Source: Raillietiella orientalis (Eukaryota). Taken from it: a DNA stretch of 64,000 nucleotides. Below the pieces are notes generated by a model that saw only the letters and a list, made by a program, of their open reading frames with translations, did no database searches and was not told the origin of the DNA. This document shows, one piece after another, positions 37,301-51,258 of this stretch. The stretch lies in assembly GCA_036172245.1 (NCBI GenBank), contig JAYWIR010000073.1, forward strand, positions 62,001 through 126,000, read 5' to 3'. Positions within the stretch are counted from its first letter, which is position 1. Each line of letters starts with the position of its first letter. The translations under genes and the position numbers were made by a program.

Positions 37301-40300
37301 TAAAAGAGCAGAGCAGCGTACTGCAAAGTAGGGACTCCTTACTACGTAGAAGAATACACGAAAGAAATTAGTGTTCTTCGACGTTCTAGCCTAAAAAAAA
37401 TGCCTGATTTAGTCTTTATCGGAAAAATTCTCCGCCAATAACGAATCCATAATCCCGAATTCTCTCATGATCTCAAATTTGCCTGATTGCAAACTTACTG
37501 AGATTGGGTCGGTAAGGATTTTCTCCTTCACTTACTTGAGACGTCGTAGCGCGGGAAACGAATCCGACTGTCGGTGGAGAAAAGACTCAAAGGAGCAAAT
37601 GCTATTAACCGCATACTTCATGCTTTTCTGACAAGAAAAACAAAATTTCATCATCCAGTGAGCACCGGGGCATTCGAGACACCTCGAGAATCGGAAAAGA
37701 AATTCTTTGTTATTCCCACTGCATCCGCGTTCTCAAGAAAATTTTTCAGCTGCCCTCGCGTTATCTCTGCGGTCACCACCCAGCAGCTGACTGTTTGGAG
37801 TCTGCCTGAGAAATCCTTTCCTCCTTCTCCCCTGAAGACCGATGTGTAACAACAACAAGGAGGTTAAAATCTAATCGAGGGGAGAAGACAAGGTAATCTG
37901 GACCGATAGATCCGTTGTCGAAAGCCCTTTGCGAATGCCTCTTTCTTTAAAAGTACACTCGGGACTCGAATTTATTCTTCGACGGTGTGCTTCCATCGAA
38001 TGCACTCTTCCAGCCTGCAAACACCGTCGACTTTCCCCTGGGTTTCCCCTGCAAGAGCGACATGAACTTCCATGAACGACATTTGAATTTTCCATTCCCT
38101 TTTACTTGTCTGCTTTTAAGTATTTTGCAATTTCACTTCCCATTCCTCTCCACCGCCACACAAACACTCCTCTGAGGCAACACCTAGGAAACGTTCCTGT
38201 GATCGATCGAGCACATGTTCTATTTGCCAAATTTTCCAGCTCATCCACTGCCTACTTGCTCTCTGTTGAAAACGGATGTGATTCTCTGGTTTCTTAGTTT
38301 GTATTCGGTATTTTTGGCCAGAGGTCGTGTGCCAACAGCGGTGCTGGGTTTCCCTGAATAAATGCCTGGTTTTGTTTTCCTTGCAGTTTCCCTGTTTTTT
38401 GTTTTCTTCGTCATGATTCCCGAGTTCTCATACTTCCAGTTTCCATAATGACCTCAGGAGCATCCTGGTTGTGATTGATCCTTTAACTGCCTGGCATTCC
38501 AGGAACGAAATGTTTGACCTTTGGCACAGTAACCGGTGGTTTCGACTTTATTTTACCTGTTGCGTTCGCAAAGACGTTGCTGGCTAGGTCGGCTTCTGGT
38601 TTCAATGACTGGACTAGGCTGGAATACTGCCAGTAATTATGGGCACGAATGGAGTATCATAATGGTCTCAATGCCGGAGCTCCGACGGGATGCCTCATTC
38701 AAAATAAGAGATGCAAACGGATAGTTCAAGTAAAAGAGAGCATATAGAAAGCTGAAACTCTCGTTACATATGGCAGAAGGCAGTAACCGCTTTGTGTGAT
38801 TCCTGTATCCTGCTTGATCTATGAGAATCGGATATCCCTAAACAGATAACGATCCTTGACATTGAGCGTAAGCGAATTAGAAAGAACAATTTGAATGTTC
38901 GTTCAGAGAATAGGAAGAGTTGCTGACTTCGAAAAAGGAGCATATCAACTGTGTTGAGACACTCTTGGTGATATTGATGAAACTGTTGTAGACTATGGAC
39001 TGAAATAGATGACTTCATGGATTCAGTTCAGATACGAGGGAGAGGAAAATCATGGATTCTCGTCTCTCGGGCACTCTCTAGACATCAAGCATACAGAGGT
39101 GAGGAAGAGCAAAGCAAATTAAATTCCAGGTTATGCGCGAAAGTGGAAGTACTGCTAAGGTGTCACCAACATGTTCTTCTTATCGAGTTTTGGCTAGATT
39201 CTCCTTCACTGTACACTCCCCTATCCCAATAAAGTTTGGCAGCCAAACAGGAATTAAGCATTGAGAACCAAGAATTATGAAGTCCAAATTAGGTGAAAAA
39301 TAACGAGTAGCATCAGGAGAACTCACTGGGATACAAGCAGACCTGAGGTCTCCATAAGTTTACTGATGCCTGGATGTCTCAACGAGCGAGGGCTCAGGAG
39401 TAATCCTGCGGGTTTGTGGGGCTCCCTGCACCAGGGGAACGCACTTGTTTTTGCATTTTTCAATGGATCCTGGACTGAATACTTCGGCCCATGTGACAAG
39501 AGTGAGCATCAATACTCATAAAAAAAGAGCAGAGTAGCACAGTGGCTTGTGCCGACCAAGACGTTGCGTGTAGCCACCGTGAAGACCGCAGCTGTGAACA
39601 TCAGAACACACTTCTGAATAAAGCGTGCTACGCCAAGAGATCGAGCAACCTTGATGTGCACCTGTAGAAAGCGGTGCTATTGCCGACAGCTGAAAACTTG
39701 TAGAATATCCCATTCTGCTTGACTGGGCTAAAAGCGGTTTTTCATCTGGAAGGATTTGTGCATTGATCCTTATCATCTCCACTTCATGTTAATGCATTCG
39801 TGTTCAGCACGATTTTCAAAATACGTGCTTGTCAGTATTGCCATCAATTCACCAAATACTTTCTGTAAGATTTTCGGTTTAGAAAAGAAAAAAAGGAACT
39901 TGCCTACACTTCGGGCTTACAAATTCCGCTTCGACGTTGACTGACGTCGACTTAGTTAAATTAGGCTCCAGCAATTGACTCTTCGTTAGCACAGAATTAG
40001 ACGCTGGAAATGTGCCGACACACAAAACACTGCACTTCTCTATGAATTTACGGTGATGCACGTGGCGCACTTCTCTGACGACGCTCCGCAGATGCTCACA
40101 TTAGAAAGTGCTGATCAGTTACCTTCTTTGACTTTCTACGTAATCAAACACTGCGCTCTCTGAAGACTGTGTGCCGCTGCGCCATTTTACTCCAGCTCTT
40201 TACACAAATCTTTTTTCTATGGCTACCCGCTTGATGGAGCTTTTATTGCCCTTTTATGAGTACGTTTACGAAGGAGACATTCAGATCGAATGCTTTTCTT

Positions 40301-43300
40301 TTCCGATTCAGTTTCGATCGCCTCCGATTCAAATCTTTCATGCTCTGTGTTTCGTGTAGAAATTATGGTGATTTCCCGGAAACCAAAACAGAGGAATGCT
40401 GATGCAGACGTTGTGACCAAAGCAGAAATTCCCTCTATTTTAAAAGGAATGAGGGCGATATACTCAGTCTGGCCAGGTTAAAAAGCAAAACTCTGAAACC
40501 CTAACACGTTTTGTTTCCTTTTGAAATTTCCTAATCAAACATGTCGGAGTGGACCATTTCGGACTTGAAAACTAAACCCGTTGACTACAGATGAATTTAA
40601 TATTATTATTCTTGAAAAAATAAATTTAATGGAAGTATCCGGAAAAGTTTCTCGAATAAGTTAAAAAAAATACATTCATATGAAAATTCTTAACCAATAA
40701 GTTTAGCAGCAAGGAGCCCTTGCCTTCAGGCAGAGAGAAGGCAACTGCCACAAGCCCAGAGACGACAGTGCCATCCTATGCGGCAGTGGGAAGTGTCCAG
40801 AGATGTAGGGACTGCCTCGGCACCAATTCGTGGAAAACTCACAACCTTGTCAGCTTTAGTGGAGTTTATAGATCCAATTTGTAGATTGGAGGCTTCAGAA
40901 CCGAAACATGACTCTTCAAATGGAGCCCATACGCAATAGTTCAGTGCTGAACATCAATTTCACTACTCTACACAGAAAATGTGGACTTTTAAAAAACACA
41001 AGGGCTAGTATCCTTAGTAAATGTTTTTTTTTTTTTTTCCACAGGCAGCGATAGTCTTGTAGATGCCCTCGTGTGTCGATACTGCCACAAACACCGTGCA
41101 CTTGCACAGTGTGAACCCCGCAATGTTCCAGACAACCGCCTGAGAGGACTTTGCCCAATACAAAAAACTTACGATAGCAACCACTTTGGTTGTTTTTTCG
41201 GGAAAGGCATTCATGAAAGTAAAACTTCTCGGAAATGCAGAAACCTTACCAACCTCGAGGAGAATGTTTCGCCCTGAGTGCAAGCTACGAACCAACGTCA
41301 AAGAAGCTTGCTTGGTGTTCAGCCATAGACTAGGCTCGTCCTAAAAAATGTGGCACGAATTTCTGCTTTTCCTGTAACCCTAGCCCAGGAGGTGCTGTTT
41401 AGGCAGCATAGCGAAACACCTGCGGCAGGATTGCCCACAGCATAAGGAATGGTTACAATTGTAGGGGCAATCTGCCACCCTGTAGAAAACCAACACATTT
41501 CGTATCTGCACAGGAATAAGCTGTGAAAAGATAGAAATGGGATAAAGAATAAAGAAAGTAGAAACTGGAATGAAAAAGCAGACTTTGGGCTTGGGAACAC
41601 TGAAGTCGACCTAGTTGCAAAAGGGGAAAGGAAATCAGAAGACCTGCCAAAAGTTGCAACAGGACAACAAAACCACATATGGCGCAGCCTCAATTCCAGA
41701 AGTTGCTGACATTAACTCTCTGGGAAATACTGAAGTGGACTCTTGTGGACTCTCAAAAGAGAAGAAATCAGAGTCATTAGTCGCGTGGTCTCTTCAAACC
41801 ACGCGACGTATTCGAATCAGAGAAGAGCATATTCTGAGAAATTTGAAACTTCCATCGTCAAGATAGAGACACCAAGAAGATGACCATCCATCTTGACAAG
41901 AGAATTTGAACGAAGAACTCCTGCATTATCGCACGAGGCTATCCGTAGAATGGAAAGTTAGGATAAAGAAGGAATCTTTCGATATAAACGTGGATGAATC
42001 AAGGAAAGAAGAGGCATAACCTACGCAATGAACTTTTGGGAAAAAAATCAAAAACTTAAAATCAAAAACTTGTTTGTTTCGCCTTATTCTTTTGGAGAAA
42101 TAGACTACTCAATGATCGTTGAGATTAATGAATTGGATGCTGTTACCCTCATTCAAATGCCTTTGAAAAATACTGCACGCTCATTTAGCCGAGAATCTTT
42201 TCAATTGAATTGCAATTAATAACTCTCACTGCTTTTGTGCACATCAAATATTTGCCTATAAATTTGCCAATACTTATCAAAACTCTATCGCTGGAAAAGT
42301 GTAATGATAAAAGTAATTAGCTGTCACTTTAGACAATTTTTATAGGAACAGAACAGAAAGTTTACCTGTCCAATGTTTGGAAACTAGATTTAAAGAGTGC
42401 AAATGTTGGCACAAGTTTTCAAATAACTTGCTTCATTTACAAGTGCTTCACTACACATGTATAATTTTGTATCAAAACTAGCGTATTATTAATACACATG
42501 CTTTTGCATTTAACGTCTGAAACCTTTAAAAGCTGTAAATAAAGGAAACAACGTAGGCATTTTTTAAATATCAGAAAAATGAGATTGAATTGTAAGTAGC
42601 AATTGAATGTTCAAAATTGCTTCATTCAGCAAGGTTTTCTTTCTACAACACCGTCCTTGTGAAAATATTACTTCAGGTTTTTAAAATACCACATCATTAT
42701 TTGAAATTAGGATGTGATATAAAGTAACAGATAGAAATAGAAACTATACAACATACTATTCTTGGTTCGTATCTACACCAGATTCTTTACACAAAATATT
42801 CAAGTAAATATCAGAAAGATGTAACTATCCAAGGAATACAAACGGTCCATGTTTTTCTAAACTTCTGCATCTAGTAGATAGTGATAGTCGACTAGATCAA
42901 AAAATTACAGAATTAGAGTAATTTTAGCACACTTTTAAATTACAATCCAGTAGGATTCCATGCCGTAAGAGAATGTTTGGTTCTTTTAAAAATTCATTTA
43001 TCAATGAATAGAATTGTCGAATTTTGTAAATAGTTAATAATACATGGGTTTCTAAGTAAGATGTTTGCTGATATCTAACTTTGTGCCACATAAGTTGCAC
43101 ATATTAAGGCACATTACTTTTGCTTAGTCTGTGATTTTTTGTATTCGCAGAATCTGAATCCATTATTTGTTCACTAGAGTGATTAAGAACCTCTCAAGAC
43201 AGATTTAAACAAACTTCTCAAAGTTTTCAAGATGATCATAGGAGCTTATTAATTGAATTCCAAAATTTTCAGCATATACAAGTATTTCAATAGCATTTGA

Positions 43301-43684
43301 AGTATGACTTCATAAGCGGAAATAATTGTTGGATTTTGAATGCTTTGCAATGTGATGGAAGAATGCTTCAATGCAATTAATATCGTTAATAATGTTGTTC
43401 TATTTTGAAGATCAAATTCTTTGAAGAGAAATTTCGTGGGAGTTTGATAGTCTAAAAACTTTAACAAGTTCCAACTATCAAAAGAATACAAAATCTATTA
43501 CGTTTTATTCGCTAACATAAATTATTTGCTTTCAAATATTTTAATTGACACTTTTGTAGCGAATTTTCTTAATGTGTACGATACTTGCAAAGATTTTCGT
43601 GAGGAAAATGGCTGCATTTATTTTCACAGTTGGTACTTCTATTTTTATTGTCCTATATAGAATTTGTGCTGCTCAATTTCTCTC

Positions 43685-46600
43685 ATGGTTGAAAAAATGG
43701 CCGCAACAACGGAGTCCTTAATAGATAATCGTAAGAACGAGTGTGCTATATGTTTACAGCAGTTGTTGTATCCGATTAAATTACCATGTGAACATGTTTT
43801 TTGTTATCTGTGTGCCAAAGGAACATGGATGGCTAATAAAAAATGTGCACTCTGTAGGCGCCTTATATGCCCTACATATTTTAGTTGTCCTACGGTTCTT
43901 GATTTGCAAAGTATATCGAAACCTGATCAATATATGTGGTTTTACGAAGGCCGACAAGGTAAGAAATAATAAGTGCGAACTTGTGTAATTTGTGGCATTT
44001 AAGTGACTACATGGGAGAGTGAAATCATTATTCATACATACATATTTACCTTTATGCTTGTGTGGAGGTGGAGGTATTTGTGTGTATGAGTGTGTATATG
44101 TATGGATGGATGTACATAAAAAAAAACATGCATTCGTGCATTTTATCTGTTATTGTATGATGAGATTTACTAAGATAGTTTATTGAAGGTTCATTTGCCT
44201 CTAGAGACACCTAATTAGATTAATTACTAATTGTGATTTATTAATGTAAGGCTATAATTTGAATTTTGGGTATTTGTATTTTTTCGGTGTCTCGTTTTGC
44301 CTCCGCTAGAAGTGTGCCACAACCAGTGTGTTGCTTAGACTTCATGATGCTTTGTCATTTCATTATTAGAAAATCAGTTTACTTGGTTGAGCTCTCTGCC
44401 TATCACAATTTTTTTCCTTCCCGAAACGGTTATGCATGTTTCTGCTCTGCATTTCACAAAGATTTTTACAGTACCATCTTTAGTGAACATCTTTGTGATG
44501 CACAGCTCACAGTGTTTTTCTGAAAGGGTTATTTTTCCTGCAATACACATTCATGTGAGGCCATGAATAAACCACTAAATGATGATCAAATCAACAAATA
44601 AGAAAAAAGTAAGGATTTGCCAATTGCATGTTTTACATTTAACATGTAGGATTTATGTATCCTTGCTATTGATAGCTGCAAGCATGAAATACGTGTGAAA
44701 ATCAGACTATTTGTGATCATTATTTTAAACGTTTACACTATTTCAAGGTATAAGGGAAAAGCATATAATTTATATGATGAAAAATCTATTTGACAATTTG
44801 AAAATAGTAAAGTTTTCAGTGTTTGTATGATTGCTGTTCTCACAGTTAAGATTTAATTTTACCAATTGTGTGAGAACAAACTGTAGCATATGTGTCTCGT
44901 AGCCTTATGTAATTTTATTACAAGATTACAGAGCTATTAGTATATGCAGATCTTAAAAAGTGATGAAATTTAATGCTGTAATCATTTTTAAAATGCAGGC
45001 TTTGTAGTTTATATCAGTTTTCTTAACCCATTTTGGTTAAGAAAAAAAATTATACCAGTTATTTATTGTAATTTTGTGATGTTTATGTTTTTATTATGTG
45101 ATTACATAAAGTAAGCAGAAAATTCGCATCTGTTGTGCATGTAGACTCGTGTTTTACTTTTGCAAGCAAATTTCAATGTCCACAGACTGGATGTTTGTTG
45201 TTTTAGAAAGCTTAAATTAAGGAAACACAGGGAGAAAGAAAGTTGTTATATTGTGGCTAAACTACTTGTGGATTGAGTCACTCATTTGATCTTAGCATCA
45301 ACATTTAATTGTAAGCTTTGCTGCTTAATACCCATGCCTGAGATCAGATTGATAGCCTAGAATCTCCTTATATATAATGCTTGTGTGGAGGTGGAGGTAT
45401 TTGTGTGTATGAGTGTGTGTATGTATGGATGTATGTACATAAAAAAAAACATGCATTCGTGCATTTTATCTGTTATTGTATGATGAGATTTACTAAGATA
45501 GTTTATTGAAGGTTCATTTGCCTCTAGAGACACCTAATTAGATTAATTACTAATTGTGATTTATTAATGTAAGGCTATAATTTGAATTTTGGGTATTTGT
45601 ATTTTTTCGGTGTCTCATTTTGCCTCTGCTAGAATCTCATTCATATAATCTCATTCATATCTCATTATATATAATGAGATTCTAGGCTATCAATCTAGTG
45701 CAACATTTACATTCTGTAAGGGATTCTAAGTCATATTATGCAGGCAGATTGGAACCCTGTTGAGGTTCTTCAGTGATTAACAATTATTGTGTTATGTATT
45801 TACAGTGGATGGTATATGCAGTTTGCTGTTTTGTTAAGAAAGAGATTTAGATTTTACATTGTTTTCAAAATTGTAATTAGAGCTTAAGCAGAAAGCAATT
45901 TGTCGCAGCTGTAATCTTTCTTCTGAATTTCTGAATGTGTACAAACAGCATGCTGTATTATGATTTCCATTTATGGCATAATTATATCTTCCTGCATTTA
46001 TGTAGTTTTACATGCAAGTATTGTTGATGCGTAATGATGTTTTTCTTAGGACTTCATAGTCAGTTTCTATATTTCAGCTATCGTGGTTTTGTTTTTAATA
46101 CTGAACTGAAACTTTGCAATGATGCAGTTTGTTTAGATTTAAGTAAATTACATCCTAATCAATTCATGTGAAAAAAGTTGGTGAACAACGCAGGTCTGCA
46201 AGTCTTCATTCATGGACTGCTGTTCTAGATAGATCCCTCAGTTTCATGAAGCAAACAATGCTTTTATCTGAGTTGCAAAAATGCTGGGATGAAAACGGAT
46301 GCAATTCCATAATCAAAAGCAGAGTCATTAATAAGTTTCCATGCACATAGCTTTTTCTGTGTGTATAAAAAAAAAAAAAACCCTGCGTATGCAAGCAAAC
46401 TGAACAAAAATTAAATCAGTTTCTCATTCAAGAAAGAATCTATACATTTGCAATATGAGTGTTAGAAAGTGTTATTTGCATCACACAAAGTATGAAGCAA
46501 ATAGCACTCATGCTTTGCCATTCTTAAGTAATGAATTTTTCTATGAATTTTAGGTTGGTGGCAGTATGATGCTAGAACATGTGTGGCTTTGGAAACTGCT

Positions 46601-46854
46601 TATACAAACAATATAGAGACAACAGAAATATTAATAGCTGGGCACATGTATGTCATTGATTTTATTGATATGCTACAGGTTTGACATGGATTTCACTGTT
46701 AAAATATGCAAAAATACTTTAGATTAGAAAAGATAATCATCATAAGAAAAGAAGAATTAAACGTAGCTTGGATGATGATATGAAAAAAGGTGTGGCTGGA
46801 ATAGAACTATCTGCAATTTCTATGCAGCAACCAGAAGAATGTGAGCAACTATGA
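43685..46854 (+). CDS. RNF146: RING-WWE E3 ubiquitin ligase (Iduna); exons 43685-43958, 46554-46678, 46723-46854
   Basis: C3HC4 RING (CAICLQ...PCEHVFCYLCAKG...CALCR) and WWE domain (WFYEGRQG|WWQYDART...LIAGHMYVIDF..MLQ|IR...RRIKR...KKGVAG). GT-AG junctions are in phase. An alternative ATG lies at 43697. Confidence 0.92.
44054..44311 (+). repeat. ~257-bp direct repeat, copy 1 (RNF146 intron 1)
   Basis: Near-identical to 45377-45633. Confidence 0.93.
45346..45696 (+). repeat. Direct repeat copy 2 (45377-45633) enclosed by a 21-bp inverted repeat
   Basis: agattgatagcctagaatctc (45346-45366) and gagattctaggctatcaatct (45676-45696). Confidence 0.9.
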
Positions 46855-46908
46855 AAAAATGCGATTTGAGTTTATAATGGGAAAGTACGTAATTTAATCA
46901 AAAGAACT

Positions 46909-49900
46909 TTATGCACTACATTGTAATGTCTTTAGAGAATGACTAAGTCTTTCTGGGAGATCACAGCCAACATAAGCACCCTTGGCAACCATAAGACTTA
47001 ATAACTGTCCCCAATGAGCATCCATAATCAACAGATGAGGATTGCCAATCATAATGAGTATGGATTGTGCTCTACTAATTGCAACATTGAGACGCTTTGG
47101 ATTGCACAAGAATCCCAAATGATGACGTGCATCAAAGTCCATATCTGTTTCTGAAGACCGAACAGCAGAAACAATCACAACTCTTCTTTCTTGGCCCTGG
47201 AATTCTTCTACGGATCCCACTTTTACAGGGCTAATGTTTAGTACATTAATAAAGTGTCGAATTTTTTCAACTTGTTTCCTATATGGAGTGACAACTCCAA
47301 TGTCAGCACTGTCTGTATTATGTTGAAAAAGAAGTTTTAAATAATGCACTACTTGAAAAACTTCTGCAGGGTTAAACCAAGATGGACTATCTCCTTCCTT
47401 GAGATTTTCACCACGTACACCATGAAACAAATAAGGGGCACTGGGATTTGGTAGGAAGTCATATGGTTGGCATGTAGGTTCACTATTATACGCTGTTAAG
47501 TGTCCATCATAAAAAATCTGAGAATATAAATCCAAAATATAAGGATGGGCACGATAGTTGATGGTTAACTGTGTTAATAACAAAGTCCTGTTCTTTTTCT
47601 TTGTTCTGTATAGTGGATGTTGATGCAGCCTTTCCAGTAAAGATACTGACAGACCATGAGAAGAAGCAAGTTTACAATGAAGTACAGGACCCAGCTGCAA
47701 GGGATCTCCAGAGAGAACTGTCTGACTACTCTCACTACAGGCTAAACATAAAGGTACTAAAGAATCTGGTTCTGTAGCCTGGCCTGCCTCATCTATAAAT
47801 ACATGAGTGAAGTGATTTCTTTGTAAACTAAGGGTATAAAATGGTCCAGCTGCAGCACAAGTTGTTACAATAATTCTCCTACGACATATTTCCTACAGCA
47901 CAGTCATAATCATGTAAACTTGAATACTTACATTTAGATTGGAACCTTCATTACAAAAGGGTTGCAAAATTTCTGGCATATTTTCTGACTGCCTATTAAA
48001 AGCCAGCAATCTAACCATACTGCCTTCAGGCAATATTCCACTGCATGCCAATAATTCTGCAATCAAGTCTGCTGAACTGTTTGAAGGAGTGGCCACAAGA
48101 ATTCTGCAGAACAATATAACTCCCTCTCAAAACACAAAACTCACCTAGAACTTGGACATAGCGTATACACTTGTAGTATTGCCTCTACTAATGTAATGGT
48201 CTTTCCTGTACCTGGTGGTCCAAGAATGAGGTATGGTAAAGGTCTTGCAACTGCGCGAATTGCATTTTTAACTGCTATTTTTTGATATTTGTTGAGGTTT
48301 TTGTTATACCAATGAATGACTTTTACAGGGATAGGGCCTGAAATCCCATTGGTCAGCTTGTATAGAGAATGGCAATCTGTCAAAAATTGTTGTTTGTGAT
48401 GCACATTTCCAAATACTGGGTACGCATTGCTTGCATTGGCCATTTTTTTGATCTGCACACGTTTACTGTAGCTATTAATTAGTTTTTTTACTTGGCCAGA
48501 CTTTTGAAGCTGTTTATAACTACAACTAGGTATAATACTTTGGGTTTCAAGCATGTCAGTATCTATAAAAGGGATTTGAGGATAACTGATGGTCAGTTGA
48601 TTCGGGAATAAAACATGTGAGCCCATTTGTTTTAAAGCTAAATCAATGGCTGTATGCTGTCGACGAAATGGAGTCCTACTGAACGTAAATGAAGCATGAT
48701 AGCATTCTCCTTGATAACAATTGTGAAAGCTGGGATGGAACTTTAGTAATACAGCTGTATTTAATACTTGATGCACACAGCCTTCAAAAGCTACACCTTA
48801 AACACAATACTTTTATATCTCTATTGTTGCATTTCATTTACCATCTTGCTGATGAGGATCAGATAGTATAACACTGTCACCAACAAGAAGGGATGGGCGC
48901 TGTTCAGCCAATCCAAGAACTTCAAGGAGCAGGAACTCACCATGAGGTCGTAAACATGCTTCATCCATATCAAAACTTTGCATGTAGATCCGCTGCTGAA
49001 GTTCTTCTAAGTAAATAAGTGCATGAAATTTTTCCCTGTAACAATCTGCATCTAGCACATCAAGGAGAACAGGAACCTGAACGATTCTGAGAATTAACTT
49101 TCAATTTTTGTAAAAATCACCTGAAACAGCATTTTCTCATCGTCATCCACAGTGAAACTAGTTGGAATTGGATATGGTTTGAGTTGAGCAGGAATGTAAC
49201 CTAATGGTCGAAATGGTTTTGCACCAGGTACTAACGTTTCAAAAAGCACACTGTTGCGAGCAATAGGTTTGTAATTATGTTTTTTTGTAATTTTTGAAAC
49301 ATGAGATGAGAAATCTGAATCAACTTTAAGGACTATTTTCCTAGCAATTCGGAACCCTTGGAATGTAAATACACAAAGCTCATTGCTCTGTCCTACTAAT
49401 TCTGCCGAACACTGAATTTCACAAATAAGGGAAGTTCCAGGTAAAATATGCATTGAATCATCGTCCACAGGCAGCAAACAACCCAATTTCTCATGGAGTA
49501 TCCTCAATAATTTGAACTGTGATTTCTGTCCATCGTAATAAAATTGGACTTTTTGCAAAGTATGATTTTGCTTGCTAGTATTTGCTACAATAACACTTAA
49601 TTCAACTTTGCTACCATATTTCAGCACACCCAATTGGAAGTTGCCATCGATTGTTATACCTTCTTTATCTTTCACAAGTTCAGCAATGAATGTCTTTGTT
49701 TTACTCATGTTGCTTATTGAATTTTTGTTTGGTATTTCAGGAATAACATGAACAGCTCTCCAGTTATATGATTTTCTTGAAGATTCCACTGCTACAATTT
49801 CTATAGTATCATTTGTGCGTGGTTTATAGCTGCAATATATGATTTCAACTTGATTATGCATATGAAAATTAATTCATTTTTGCTAAAGTACATGTAAAAC

Positions 49901-50722
49901 AATATAATAATTTTTTTCCTCTTAAAAACATAAAATATGCATATTTGTAAAGTCAAAAAAACAAAAAAGTCAATAAACAAAATCTAATCTGACTAAAAGA
50001 AAGATTTATGCTGTAGACTTGTAAACTTTGAAAAATAAATGAATTAATGTTAAATGCTATACCCATTTTGAATGACTTTTTGGTCCACATATACTTGCTC
50101 ATTTGCTACTCCGAAGTTTCCTTCCCAATCACTAATGTAACCTTTAAAATGCTGAGTTCTCAAAGGCTTTACCTCAATTACCACTCCATCTGTATGAATT
50201 TGACACTGAACCCAATCACCTAAATACAGAACAATTAAGAAAAATTATTACTATTATAAAGTTTGATTCTTACTTACCTTCTTCTAGATTATACATATAC
50301 TGTACTTTCTCCTTGAGAAATGAAATGTTTTTATCCGCAAGGGACCACGAAAATTCACCATCTGCAATAAGCATTCCCACAATTAGTTCACTTGAGCCAT
50401 TTTTCTTATCAAAAGCTCTTGAGACCCTAATTGTCTTTGCTTTCCAACCATGATGTGAATCATCCCGACAAGCAACTCCTGTGACCTTGCTCCCCACTTT
50501 TGGGGAGCCTTCGAGTAACAAATTTCTATCAAAATAAATGACGTTATCTACAAGTCCGTACTCTACTGTCAACAAAGTTATAACACCATCAAACTCCTTC
50601 GTTTCTCCTTTGCTGTGTTTAAATGCATGATCATGTGTGGATATTTCACACTGCACGACTGAACTAAGGTCAGTAATATTTTTCGAAAACAAAGACTTTA
50701 TATTACTAAATACTGCTGCCAT
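46909..50722 (-). CDS. MOV10L1: UPF1-like SF1 RNA helicase, MOV10L1/Armitage (piRNA pathway), multi-exon
   Basis: N-terminal OB-like segments (GVIT...YGLVDNVIYF), GLAEQRPSLLVGD, GPPGTGKT, ATPSNSSAD, FIDEAGQATEP, GDPLQLGP, NYRAHP, SWFNPAE, VGSVEEFQGQE and NPKRLNVAISRA. Short GT-AG introns keep the frame. Confidence 0.9.
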
Positions 50723-50746
50723 TCTTAATGACACTGGTTTTCACAT

Positions 50747-50998
50747 TCACTTAAACTTCTTGTACATCCACTTTGTTTCCTGCAAATAGTCTAATTCTTT
50801 TCTCAGTGCTTTAAGACATTTATCGTGCTTATCTTTATTAGCTTGAGGCAGATTTTTCTTTACATCTCTTTCGAACCAAACACAATTAATATACTGTTCC
50901 AATTTATTGGCATTTGTTGAGTTATGAGTCGCAGTTTGTCCGGGGCTAACGAACAAAGATTTATTAAGAGCAAGCTCAGCAAACGTATTCGTTGCCAT
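50747..50998 (-). CDS. Small 83-aa protein, APC16 (ANAPC16)-like
   Basis: The C-terminal KHDKCLKALRKELDYLQETKWMYK resembles the APC16 C-terminal helix (KHD...L.E..W.F/Y). Assigned from memory of the family only. Confidence 0.5.
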   Translation of the reverse strand: MATNTFAELALNKSLFVSPGQTATHNSTNANKLEQYINCVWFERDVKKNLPQANKDKHDKCLKALRKELDYLQETKWMYKKFK

Positions 50999-51224
50999 GC
51001 TAAACAATGGCAGTCACATGAGAACAGCAAAAAAATACAAACTACAACATGAGAACCAAGAAATACAACCACTGCAGATTTGGCGCGCACATCACTAAGA
51101 GGCCTGAGCGATCAATCATCGACAAAAGTGCCGCAGATTGGCTACCGACGACCGTAATTTACGACTTTCACGGTAGCCACCATTCGCACCAAGGAAACTC
51201 AAACATCTGCTTTCAAAATATACG

Positions 51225-51258
<34 letters not shown>

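Noticed and set aside
38500..43550. Possible decayed LINE RT fragments on the minus strand
   Set aside because: Only vague motif echoes; no ordered, convincing RT motifs.
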